DNA of 64,000 nucleotides, taken from NCBI GenBank assembly GCA_964623775.1, contig CAZUVH010000003.1, positions 5,739-69,738 on the forward strand, written 5' to 3'. Under the pieces are notes generated by a model. The model did no database searches. It saw only the letters and a program-made list of their open reading frames with translations, and was not told the DNA's origin. Below are positions 38,714 through 47,665 of the stretch, piece after piece. Source of the stretch: an uncultured Candidatus Saccharibacteria bacterium. GTDB taxonomy: Bacteria > Patescibacteriota > Minisyncoccia > Phycocordibacterales > UBA2100. The position numbers and the translations under genes are program-made. Each line of letters opens with the position of its first letter. Positions within the stretch are counted from its first letter, which is position 1.

Positions 38714-38819
38714 ACCACCACACCAATAGTGGTAAGTCAGACTCCATCCTCAAAAACAAAATATATATATGCATTTGACTCCGGTGCGCAATATTTTCAG
38801 CTATTGGTGTGGTGGTGTA
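38714..38819. promoter_or_regulatory. about 105-bp palindromic element: 17-nt arms TACCACCACACCAATAG / CTATTGGTGTGGTGGTGTA flanking an AT-rich 70-bp core
   Basis: Perfect complementarity of arms seen in sequence. The same CAGCTATTGGTGTG(A/G)TGGTA arm recurs at 50349-50369. Confidence 0.45.
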
Positions 38820-38838
38820 GCATGTGATGCTATCAAAA

Positions 38839-40032
38839 TCAGGATACGTCGCCTGAGTAGTCCACAAGTATTTCACTCACAGTACTGACCTGCTCTCTTC
38901 CGGTGGCCTCAGTACTTTTGGACGCACTCGGCAAGAGTACTGATACGGTTGTACCGCTTCCCACCTCGCTTCTCACGGTAATCTTGCCGCGGTGCATGCG
39001 CACAAGCTCGGAGACAATCGTGAGGCCAAGGCCAGAGCCGCCCTGTATACGCGAACGCGAAGGATCGCCACGATAAAATGGTTCGAAAATGCGAAAGAGG
39101 TCTTTGCGGGCGATACCCACACCCGTGTCGCGCACGGTGAGTTCGACCTGCCCGCTTGCAGTTTGCCATGTCGTCAGGATCACAGAGCCGCCACGCGGAG
39201 TGTGGGTGATCGCGTTCTTGATGAGATTGCTCAGTATTTGCTGCAACGCTGTCATGTTGCCATATACATACACGTCGGTGCTTTTGCGCACGGTAATCTG
39301 CACGTTGCAGCGCGCCGCAAGACCAGCGTGCTTCGCCACAGCTTCACTCGCGAGTGCCGAAATATCGATCGAGCTGAACTCCATCTGCTCGGGACGGGTG
39401 AGACTCGAGAGCGAGAGGAGGTTGTTGATAATCTCTGATATGCGGTCGAGTTCCTCTACATTGCTCGTAATTGCCTCCTTGATGTCTGGCGTGATGGACG
39501 AATCAAAAAGCATGATCTCGCTGTTGGTCTTTATGACCGAAAGTGGCGTGCGCAGTTCGTGCGCGATATTGCCAATAAATTGCTTTTGCGCGGCGAGCGC
39601 GCTACGGGCAGGGGAGAGTGTTATGCGCGATATGATGTATCCGAAGACCATTGTGGCGACGACAATAAAAATCCCCATGAGGCCGACGTTCTGTAGGCGC
39701 AGCTGTTTCGTCTCTGCAATTATTCCAGGGGCGACCACACTTGCCGCATTGTGAGAAATTGATTCGCTGATCGTCGAGAAGATGATGGCCGCCACATCGT
39801 GCGAGAGCGTGTTGAAGACGACGAGAATCACGCCGATGATGAGCGACGCGAAAATCACCTGGAGTCCCAAGACGCGAATCTCCACCCGGAAGAACGGGTC
39901 GTCCTCGTATCTATTGAGCCAATCGGTAACCAATGCCGCGAACCGTTTCAAGGAGGTCGCGACCGTTTCCTTCACTGAGTTTGCGTCGGAGGTTTTTGAC
40001 ATGGACATCGACGACGTTACTGAATCCCACAT
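38839..40032 (-). CDS. sensor histidine kinase (2 TM, HisKA + HATPase_c)
   Basis: …IAHELRTPLSV… H-box; …GGSGLGLTIV… G2 box. N-terminal 40 codons overlap the upstream RR gene, so the start is uncertain. Confidence 0.8.
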   Translation of the reverse strand: MWDSVTSSMSMSKTSDANSVKETVATSLKRFAALVTDWLNRYEDDPFFRVEIRVLGLQVIFASLIIGVILVVFNTLSHDVAAIIFSTISESISHNAASVVAPGIIAETKQLRLQNVGLMGIFIVVATMVFGYIISRITLSPARSALAAQKQFIGNIAHELRTPLSVIKTNSEIMLFDSSITPDIKEAITSNVEELDRISEIINNLLSLSSLTRPEQMEFSSIDISALASEAVAKHAGLAARCNVQITVRKSTDVYVYGNMTALQQILSNLIKNAITHTPRGGSVILTTWQTASGQVELTVRDTGVGIARKDLFRIFEPFYRGDPSRSRIQGGSGLGLTIVSELVRMHRGKITVRSEVGSGTTVSVLLPSASKSTEATGREQVSTVSEILVDYSGDVS

Positions 40033-40585
40033 AATTGAAATCCCATAGATGATTAAGAAGGTCTTCGCGGTTTACGACTTGATTCGGGTGTCTCATGAAG
40101 TACTCGAGGAGCCCAAACTCCTTAAGCGTGAGCGAGATCTCCTTTCCTTCGCGTGTGACCTTGCGGCTACTAGGATTCAACTCTATCTCATCGAACTTGA
40201 GTTTCTCGGGAAGGGACTCCGTAGGGCGTCGCAAGAGCGCACGAGCTCTCGCCACTAATTCTGCAAATGAGAACGGCTTGACCAGGTAATCATCGGCGCC
40301 GGACGAGAGGAGCTTGACCTTGGTGTCTGTCTCGGCGCGGGCAGTGAGGATAAGGATGGGGACCGTGATATTCCATTCGCGAACCTGCTTACAGATCTCG
40401 AGGCCGTCCATCGACGGGAGCATGAGGTCGAGAATAATGAGGTCATAATCGCTTCGATGGAGGGAAATGCGCGTGAGCGCCTTCTTGCCGTCGGGGATCA
40501 CGTCGACCGTGTACCCCTCAAGAGCGAGTCCTTTGGAGAGGGCTGAAGATAATTTCTGTTCATCTTCAACGAGTAAAATTTTCAT
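39911..40585 (-). CDS. OmpR-family response regulator
   Basis: MKILLVEDE…DLIILDLMLP… receiver domain plus winged-helix C-terminus (…RGIGYRL…). Confidence 0.85.
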   Translation of the reverse strand: MKILLVEDEQKLSSALSKGLALEGYTVDVIPDGKKALTRISLHRSDYDLIILDLMLPSMDGLEICKQVREWNITVPILILTARAETDTKVKLLSSGADDYLVKPFSFAELVARARALLRRPTESLPEKLKFDEIELNPSSRKVTREGKEISLTLKEFGLLEYFMRHPNQVVNREDLLNHLWDFNYVGFSNVVDVHVKNLRRKLSEGNGRDLLETVRGIGYRLAQ

Positions 40586-40803
40586 ACGTATCTTTTTGAT
40601 ATTGGCTAACGATTAAGAGCCCGAAATTGGCTTTAAACATATATACAACAGTGAATATGAAGGATTCATGATCCACTCTCTACCTCGCACTTTACTTGCC
40701 AAACTGGCAAACACAGGGTGTGCTTGCCACACGCTTTCTACAATACAAAGCGCCCTTGACGCAAGGGCATTTTATATGTCCATTACTTCATGAAGTTGCA
40801 GCG

Positions 40804-41676
40804 TTAGAGCTGCAATCCCTTCAGGAAATCCTTGAAATCACTGCCAATATCTCCGTGTTTGAGGCCAAATTCAACGACTGCCTTCATGTAGTCTAATTTA
40901 TTTCCCGTATCGTAGTATTTTCCATTCTGAATCTCGACGGCATGGATGTCCGTCTCTTTGGCAAGTGCGGTGATCGCATCGACGAGCCAGATTTCACCGC
41001 CCTTGCCGGGTTTTACTTGCTCGAGGAGGTCAAAAAGTCGCGGTGGCATGATGTAGGCGCCGTGCGTCGCGAGATCCGAGGGAGCCTCTTCCATTTTGGG
41101 CTTTTCGACGATCTTATTAATCTTGAAGACATTTTTCTCCACAGGAGAAATGTCGGCAATGCCGTACTTGCTCACGGCCGTCTTAGGTACGCGTACTGCA
41201 GAAATATTCGGTTTCTCATATTTCTCCCATGCGTCGATCATTTGCTTGAGACGCGGGGGGTCGGAATAAATAAACTCATCGCCCCAGAGAATTGCAAACG
41301 GCTCGTCGCCGATCACTGATCGGCAATTCATGACCGGTGTACCGTTGCCATACGATCCTTTTTGGCGCACGTATATAAAATTCGCCATCTCCGCAATCTT
41401 GGTGACCTCTTTTGCTTGCTCCTCTTTGCCGTTCTCTCTGAGATAGCGGGAGAGTGCAAAAGGGAAGTCGAAATGATCTTCGATCGAGCGTTTGTTCCAG
41501 CCGGTGACGATCACGATGTCGCGGATGCCTGCGGCGATCGCTTCTTCGACGACGATCTGGATGATGGGCTTGTCGACGATCGGGAGCATCTCTTTGGGCA
41601 TCGCCTTCGTGGCAGGCAAAAAGCGCGTGCCATATCCTGCTGCCGGAATAATCGCCTTCCTAATTTTCTGTGCCAT
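40804..41676 (-). CDS. galU: UTP-glucose-1-phosphate uridylyltransferase
   Basis: MAQKIRKAIIPAAGYGTRFLPATKAMPKEMLPIVDKP… canonical GalU N-terminus; start at the internal Met of the longer ORF. Confidence 0.85.
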   Translation of the reverse strand: MAQKIRKAIIPAAGYGTRFLPATKAMPKEMLPIVDKPIIQIVVEEAIAAGIRDIVIVTGWNKRSIEDHFDFPFALSRYLRENGKEEQAKEVTKIAEMANFIYVRQKGSYGNGTPVMNCRSVIGDEPFAILWGDEFIYSDPPRLKQMIDAWEKYEKPNISAVRVPKTAVSKYGIADISPVEKNVFKINKIVEKPKMEEAPSDLATHGAYIMPPRLFDLLEQVKPGKGGEIWLVDAITALAKETDIHAVEIQNGKYYDTGNKLDYMKAVVEFGLKHGDIGSDFKDFLKGLQL

Positions 41677-41933
41677 GCCCCTCACACGAAAAGGCATTGC
41701 TGCTTTGCAGCAGAACAATACCTGTTCGTTACTAGTGAATAAGCCGCACGATGTGAAGAATCAGTGGGTGTTGAAACTAACAATACCTTTTCGTGTGTTG
41801 GGGCCATGCCGAGCATTGTAGCAAACGAATGGAGATGAGTGCAGTGCCCAGCGCCAGTAGGCGGCGGGTGCAAGACCAAATTTGCGCGCTACGCCCGCCG
41901 TGCGCAAAAAATGCATTTTTCTGTGGACAATGA

Positions 41934-42818
41934 TCAGATGAGCTCCGCGTGGAAACTTTGGAATTGGACATCCATGAAGTCGGTGCGGATGCCGATGTGG
42001 CCTTCGCCGATTATCGGTGTGTTGCCGAATCGCTTACCGTCGTCGAGTGCCGAGAGAATCTCGTGCCACGTGCCTTTCTCGTCGGTCAAATACATCCGAA
42101 TTGTGACGGTGCCGTCTCGTTGCGTGATGGTCTGTGCGCGCAGACCAAGCCATGTGTCGTGGGGGAGCAGATTTATGTCCTCGACACGCGAATAGTGTCC
42201 GGGAAATATTTTTTGCTGCGCCATCGTGTAATACACCCCTTGATACTTTTTCTTGATGACCGCGGTCCCGTCGACGCGGATGCCCGCGTAGTAGAGCGTC
42301 TCGCCCGTAGGGCTACGACCGAGGGTGTCGCCGTCTTGATAGCGACTCATGAGGAGGACGCCGTTGGATTCATTGCGATTTTTGCTCCGACTGAAATTAT
42401 CGGCTGTTATTTTGAAGAAAAATTCTTGTTGGACATTGCTCCAGAGGCTTTTGGATACGAGACGGAAGATATTTTGCGGATGGAATCCGTTGTCGGTGTC
42501 CACCGGATTGGTGATCGCGTAGGCGAGGCGCCAGTGATCGAGAATCGCGAGACGTCCTTGCACGGTACCGCCGTATGAGCCGTTGTCGAACATCTTGCCG
42601 CCGGAATCGAGCCACCAGTATGGGCTCGAACTGTGTTCCGTAGAGTCGGACTCATAGAGAATTTCAGGCACGTTGAATACGTAGGTGAATGATGACGGGC
42701 GAAGCGGCTGCTCCTCAGCTGGCGGCGCACTGCGCTGTGAAATTATGTGCATGGCCGCAAGAATCGCGATGGTCGCGAAAATAACGAGGGTAATCCTGAG
42801 GCGATTCTGTAGCCACAT
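41934..42818 (-). CDS. hypothetical membrane-anchored (periplasmic) protein
   Basis: Start at MWLQNRLRITLVIFATIAILAA (TM anchor), 4 nt after the upstream gene stop; no recognisable domain. Confidence 0.45.
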   Translation of the reverse strand: MWLQNRLRITLVIFATIAILAAMHIISQRSAPPAEEQPLRPSSFTYVFNVPEILYESDSTEHSSSPYWWLDSGGKMFDNGSYGGTVQGRLAILDHWRLAYAITNPVDTDNGFHPQNIFRLVSKSLWSNVQQEFFFKITADNFSRSKNRNESNGVLLMSRYQDGDTLGRSPTGETLYYAGIRVDGTAVIKKKYQGVYYTMAQQKIFPGHYSRVEDINLLPHDTWLGLRAQTITQRDGTVTIRMYLTDEKGTWHEILSALDDGKRFGNTPIIGEGHIGIRTDFMDVQFQSFHAELI

Positions 42819-42820
42819 GG

Positions 42821-44389
42821 CTAGGGGAGTGCTCGTACGGAGAGATCTGCAAAGGTGCTCTTGGCGACGCCAAAGCGCGCATCCCACACTTTGACACCAA
42901 TGCCGCCAGTCGAGAGGTCGTTGAAAGCGGCACTCACTACCGCACTACCATCGACAAAACACTGTACCGACTGCCCCTCGACGCGCATCCCGAGCAAGAG
43001 GGGGCCATGCAATGTAGTGCGCGGCACGAACGCAAGGCGGATCACTTCCTCTCCACGCTGCTCGTCGACGGCGACGCCGTTTCGTAGGACCGAGCAGGCG
43101 ACGTTGCGCGTATCGTCGGTATTGCGAGCGATAAGCGCCACGTTCTCGCCGGCGATCCACACCACGCTCGCGGTGAATTCGTAATCGCGCCACCACCCCG
43201 AGCCGTTCAAAAAGCCCGATGATCCGGTCGAATCGCTCCGCGCAGCGAGGGTAATCGTGCCGTTTTCTTTTTCGATATCTCCCCAGATGCCCACCCATTC
43301 GTCGCCGATACGTGCCGAAGTGTAGGGAAGAGGCTTCGCGTACCCGGCTTCGAGCGCCCGCATAAGATCTTGCCCATCCCAATTGAGCGGAGGCTCGATG
43401 CGCTTGATCGCAAACACGTCTTTGTCTGGGTAATTAAATGAGTCACCGTTGGCGCTCCAGTGCTGGTAGAAGGCAAATGTATATATGGATGGCACGACTC
43501 GCGCGATAATCTCGGTGGAGCCGGAGAAATTCACTGTGCTTTCTCCGAAATCATTGAACGGATAGGCAAAGGAGTGGACGGTATGGCCGAATGTCTTTTC
43601 GAGTCTTTGGCGTGCCTCGATGAGGTCGGTCCGTATACGCGTCGCAAATTCCTCGTCGGTCTCGAAGCGGTTGGCCGCATCGTTCCAGAATTTATTGCTC
43701 AAGAAATTGCCCTGCACTGTCTGCGCATCCTGCGAGAGGTCGGTCGTGCTCTGAACGTTGTATTTGAAGTGGTCTCTGTGTCCGTGCGACTGCAATTCCC
43801 ACCGCCCCGTCTCCAGCATGAAGTCGAGCTCCTTCTTAGTGAGGTAAAAGTCGGCGGGCTTGCCTTTGTCGGGCATCGAGAATCCCGTGACGACAAACAT
43901 GACGCTGTGGAACCCCATGTCATCGAGTATCGGATCGAATGGATAGAAAGTGTCGCGGCGGCCGTCGTCGAATGTGAGGAGGAATGATTTGTCGGGGAGC
44001 TGTTTGCCGTTTTTCATAAAATCATGAAACTCGGTCATGGCGATCGTGCGCCAACCGTTCTTCTTGAGTGCTCGCATTTGGTCGACGAAGAGCGAGACAG
44101 GTGTATTGCCTTTGGACGCACTTTCGCCGTGGTAGAGCAAGACGGGGATGGACTTGGCGGGAATGGTCGAAGTCGCTTGAGCATACGCGGAGACGTCGCT
44201 CTGCGGATATTTGTAGAATACCCAGTAATACGTCGTGGCTCGTATACGCGAAATGAGCGATGAACTGCTTAGTGTAAATCCAGAAACGGCGTCAAAAAGT
44301 AAAAATACACCGATGCCGGTCGCTATGAGTACTAAAGCGACTGTGATCGGAAACACTTTCTCTTTGGTGGCTTGGATATACGCTGACAT
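42821..44389 (-). CDS. polysaccharide deacetylase (NodB-homology) family protein with N-terminal TM and an extra C-terminal domain
   Basis: …FLLTFDDGRRDTFYP… (TFDDG motif 1), …HSVMFVVTG…, …ELQSHGHRDH… (His motifs). Confidence 0.7.
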   Translation of the reverse strand: MSAYIQATKEKVFPITVALVLIATGIGVFLLFDAVSGFTLSSSSLISRIRATTYYWVFYKYPQSDVSAYAQATSTIPAKSIPVLLYHGESASKGNTPVSLFVDQMRALKKNGWRTIAMTEFHDFMKNGKQLPDKSFLLTFDDGRRDTFYPFDPILDDMGFHSVMFVVTGFSMPDKGKPADFYLTKKELDFMLETGRWELQSHGHRDHFKYNVQSTTDLSQDAQTVQGNFLSNKFWNDAANRFETDEEFATRIRTDLIEARQRLEKTFGHTVHSFAYPFNDFGESTVNFSGSTEIIARVVPSIYTFAFYQHWSANGDSFNYPDKDVFAIKRIEPPLNWDGQDLMRALEAGYAKPLPYTSARIGDEWVGIWGDIEKENGTITLAARSDSTGSSGFLNGSGWWRDYEFTASVVWIAGENVALIARNTDDTRNVACSVLRNGVAVDEQRGEEVIRLAFVPRTTLHGPLLLGMRVEGQSVQCFVDGSAVVSAAFNDLSTGGIGVKVWDARFGVAKSTFADLSVRALP

Positions 44390-44476
44390 AAAATTTACAA
44401 TTTACAATTTTCAATCAATTTCCAATGATAAATTTTCATTTGAAAATTAAAAATTGAGAATTGAAAATTCATATTT
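44390..44476. repeat. 87-bp strongly AT-rich repetitive intergenic island (ACAATTT / TTGAAAATT-type direct repeats) inside the GC-rich EPS operon
   Basis: aaatttacaatttacaattttcaatcaatttccaatgataaattttcatttgaaaattaaaaattgagaattgaaaattcat. Confidence 0.6.
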
Positions 44477-45793
44477 CTATCGGGTGCCCCACTTGGTGTC
44501 CGCGATCGTGATCACCGCCCACGGGAGCTGCCACATGAGGACGACGGTGTAAAACCAGAACGTCGCAACGGGCCAAAGCCATGGCTCGCCCCTGCGGTGT
44601 GCGCGGTAGTAGAGGCCGTGGAGTGCGAGCATGATGAAAAGTCCGAAGAGATAGACGAACGGCATGATGCCGGAGAGAAATGGATTCCATACCATCGCAT
44701 GGAGAAAGACAATCGGGGAGGAAAATGCGAGGAAGAGGTATATGTAAAAGAAAAGCGCGGCAAACTTGTTCTTCCTCCAGATAAATGTCGCCGCGATCAT
44801 GGTCTCGCGCACCCACGATTTTTTCCACCGCTGCTGTTGGCGCATATATTTGCCGAATGTGTCGGGCACGACCGTGACGGCTTTTGCGTCGGGATTGTAG
44901 GTGGCGTCGTATTTACGAAGCATGTAATTGGTGAGCGAGCGATCGTCGCCGAAGGTGCATTCGCGTCCCAAGAATTTCTGATGGAGCCATTCGTCGATGA
45001 ATTCGAGGAGATATTCGCGGCGATATGCAGAACAGCAACCGGGGCAGCACGTCACAATCCCAAAGATCGATTCTGCCGCTTTGTAGACCCTGAATGACAC
45101 GTAGTAGCGCAGCGTCTGCATCTGTGTGAGTAGATTTGTATCTTTATTGTGGACATCAGTGTGGCCGGAGACGGCACCGATCTGCGGCTGTACAAAATAC
45201 TTTACGAGCTCACGGACGCAGTCTTTCTCCACGAAACTGTCCGAATCGATAAAAATAATGATGTCATTTCGCGCGCGCTTAACGCCCTCGGCCATGCCGT
45301 GGCGTTTACCGAGATTTACCTCGAAATTCACGACCTCGACGCGTGCTATTGTGGTCCTGATCGATTCCGCCGCCTGCAGCATCATCTCGTAGGTGCGATC
45401 GGTCGATCCATCGTTGATCGCAATGACCTCGATTTTCTTGAGCGGATAATTTACCTCCGCGAATCTTTGAATAGTTTCGTAGATATTGTCCTCCTCATTC
45501 TTTGCGGGCACCACGAAGCTGATTGTCGGCTCATACGAGGGGTCGGCATAGACCGGCGCATGAAAATACGAGAGGAGAAATCTGGATAACACGTAGAACG
45601 TGATCGCGATCGAGTAGATACCAAAGAAAAGACCGTCATTGATGTAATTTCCACCCATGACTTTGATGAGGACAATGACATAGAGGACGACAAAAAATGC
45701 AAACCACCACCCCGACCACCAGGAGGCAAGACGCGTCTCAGAATTTCGCTCAAGCGTCGGTTGAGCGATCACACTGTCCACAGCATTATTCAT
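44477..45793 (-). CDS. processive family-2 glycosyltransferase (HasA / NodC / PgaC-like polysaccharide synthase)
   Basis: N- and C-terminal TM clusters; …FVVPAKNEEDNI…IEVIAINDGSTDRT… (DxD/DGS region); …MRQQQRWKKSW… is the QxxRW motif of processive beta-glycosyltransferases. Confidence 0.75.
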   Translation of the reverse strand: MNNAVDSVIAQPTLERNSETRLASWWSGWWFAFFVVLYVIVLIKVMGGNYINDGLFFGIYSIAITFYVLSRFLLSYFHAPVYADPSYEPTISFVVPAKNEEDNIYETIQRFAEVNYPLKKIEVIAINDGSTDRTYEMMLQAAESIRTTIARVEVVNFEVNLGKRHGMAEGVKRARNDIIIFIDSDSFVEKDCVRELVKYFVQPQIGAVSGHTDVHNKDTNLLTQMQTLRYYVSFRVYKAAESIFGIVTCCPGCCSAYRREYLLEFIDEWLHQKFLGRECTFGDDRSLTNYMLRKYDATYNPDAKAVTVVPDTFGKYMRQQQRWKKSWVRETMIAATFIWRKNKFAALFFYIYLFLAFSSPIVFLHAMVWNPFLSGIMPFVYLFGLFIMLALHGLYYRAHRRGEPWLWPVATFWFYTVVLMWQLPWAVITIADTKWGTR

Positions 45794-45795
45794 AT

Positions 45796-47226
45796 TTAGC
45801 GGCGACCGATTCCGCGGTACGTGATGGATGAACCGGCAAAAGAATCTTTGTCGAGACAATTGCGTCCGTCGACAACGATCGAAATGCCGAATTTTTCAAA
45901 ATCTTCAGGTGTAAGGTCGCGAAATGCGGCGTGATCGGTAGCGATCACGACCGCGTCAGCGCCATCGAGCGCTTCTTCAAGACTTTTTGCGCTCGACTCG
46001 CGCGGAATGTACGGATCCCACGTGCGTACAGTGGCGCCGCCCTCGATCAATCCTTTTTTTATAGCGAGCGCGGGACTTTCGCGTACGTCCGGGACGTCAC
46101 GCTTGTATGCGAGGCCCAAGAGCGCAACCTTCGAACCCTGGAGACCCATGTCGCGTTTCTCAAGCGCGTCCTCAAGTACATTTACTGTATAGAGCGGCAT
46201 ATTGTTGTTGATGCGCCGAGCAGTCATGAGGAAGCGGTGCGCAAAGCCATTCTCTTCGCCATAACGAATCAGATAATACGGATCGACCGGGATGCAGTGT
46301 CCACCGACGCCACAACCGGGATAATGCGGCATAAAACCAAAAGGTTTGGTGGAAGCGCCCTTGATGACGTTGACCACATCTATACCGGCACGATCAAACG
46401 CCATCGCGAGTTCGTTGACGAAGGCGATGTTGATATCGCGGAAGGAGTTCTCCACCATCTTTACCGCCTCTGCTTCTTTGATCGAATCCATCGGGACGAT
46501 CTCGGCATCGACGAGTGTGCGGTAGACGCGCGATGCGAGGCGAAGACTCTCATAATTGAGTCCGCCGACGACGCGGGGGATCGTGCGCACGTCCCATGTG
46601 GCATCGCCAGGATTGATACGTTCGGGGCAGTGCGCAAAATAAAATTGGTCGCGGGAGAGTCCGGATTCTTTCTCAATGATCGGAAGCGAGACCTCTTCGC
46701 AGGCGCCGGGATTGACCGTGGACTCGATGATGACAAGTGCGCCCTCTGTAATATTCTGACCGACTATTTTGGAGGCATCCTCAAGTGGACGAAGATCAGG
46801 GAGGTGGTCTTCGTGTACGGGCGTGGGGACGCACACGATAAATGTGTCCGCACCTTTCAATTTCGATTGATCTGCTGTGACGGTGAGGGATCGTGCCCGC
46901 TTGAATTGACCCGACTCCTCTTCGTTGAGGAAATTTGCTTCACGCTTTTCAAGCTGCGCGACCTTCACTTCGTCGATATCGAATCCAATGACCTTGAATC
47001 CGCGCGTTGCGGCGAGTATGGCGAGCGGCAATCCGACGTAGCCGAGGCCCACAATCGCAATCGTAGACGTTGTGGTCTGGTCGCTTTGCCCTGCGTCGGA
47101 TCTTGTGACGATGTCATTAAAATCAGAAGAAGACTTTCTCCCCGATGTTTTTGTTTTCCGTGTTTGTGAAATTTCAGCGATCTGTTCTGGTGACATAAAA
47201 AATTTGACGCTACTACCTTTGGGCAA
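45796..47226 (-). CDS. ugd: UDP-glucose 6-dehydrogenase (nucleotide-sugar dehydrogenase family)
   Basis: …IAIVGLGYVGLPLA… NAD-binding motif; …GGHCIPVDP… catalytic Cys region. N-terminal ~60-aa low-complexity extension, so the start is uncertain. Confidence 0.8.
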   Translation of the reverse strand: MPKGSSVKFFMSPEQIAEISQTRKTKTSGRKSSSDFNDIVTRSDAGQSDQTTTSTIAIVGLGYVGLPLAILAATRGFKVIGFDIDEVKVAQLEKREANFLNEEESGQFKRARSLTVTADQSKLKGADTFIVCVPTPVHEDHLPDLRPLEDASKIVGQNITEGALVIIESTVNPGACEEVSLPIIEKESGLSRDQFYFAHCPERINPGDATWDVRTIPRVVGGLNYESLRLASRVYRTLVDAEIVPMDSIKEAEAVKMVENSFRDINIAFVNELAMAFDRAGIDVVNVIKGASTKPFGFMPHYPGCGVGGHCIPVDPYYLIRYGEENGFAHRFLMTARRINNNMPLYTVNVLEDALEKRDMGLQGSKVALLGLAYKRDVPDVRESPALAIKKGLIEGGATVRTWDPYIPRESSAKSLEEALDGADAVVIATDHAAFRDLTPEDFEKFGISIVVDGRNCLDKDSFAGSSITYRGIGRR

Positions 47227-47665
47227 TTACGAATGCGTTCATGTTTTGTTCATCTTTTCTGCATCCGTTGTGCGACGCCGTGATGATGGGTCCGTGTACA
47301 CGCCGGGGCGGTCGCAAAAAGTGGCGGCCGCCCCGAGCAGTACGTTACGTAGTTCGGAAGAACCCGCGCGGGAGAACCTCCTCCTAGGTTGTGGAGATTC
47401 TCCTGCATGTGCTCTAAGGAGCTAGACTAAGGGAGATTTTATACAAGGGGGGTGAAGTGAAGATGAAGAGGGGGGTGTCCTCGACCGAGCGTGCCGCATA
47501 CTCTCTCCGAAACCGGAATTTTCTGCTAAAAATTCCTCAGTCCTCGGGCCAAGCCCTGCGGGGATTCTCCGAGAGCGCGCGGCACCCTCGGTCGAGGGTT
47601 TGGAGGAAGAAGCTGAGAAGTGCAAATACGCGTTCATTAGTTCAGCCACCTCATGAAGATCTTCA

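Noticed and set aside
37623-38729. 368-aa plus-strand ORF
   Set aside because: Antisense to the phosphohexomutase (SASHNP motif on minus strand).
45931-47169. 412-aa plus-strand ORF
   Set aside because: Antisense to UDP-glucose dehydrogenase (GLGYVGLP and GGHCIP motifs on minus strand).
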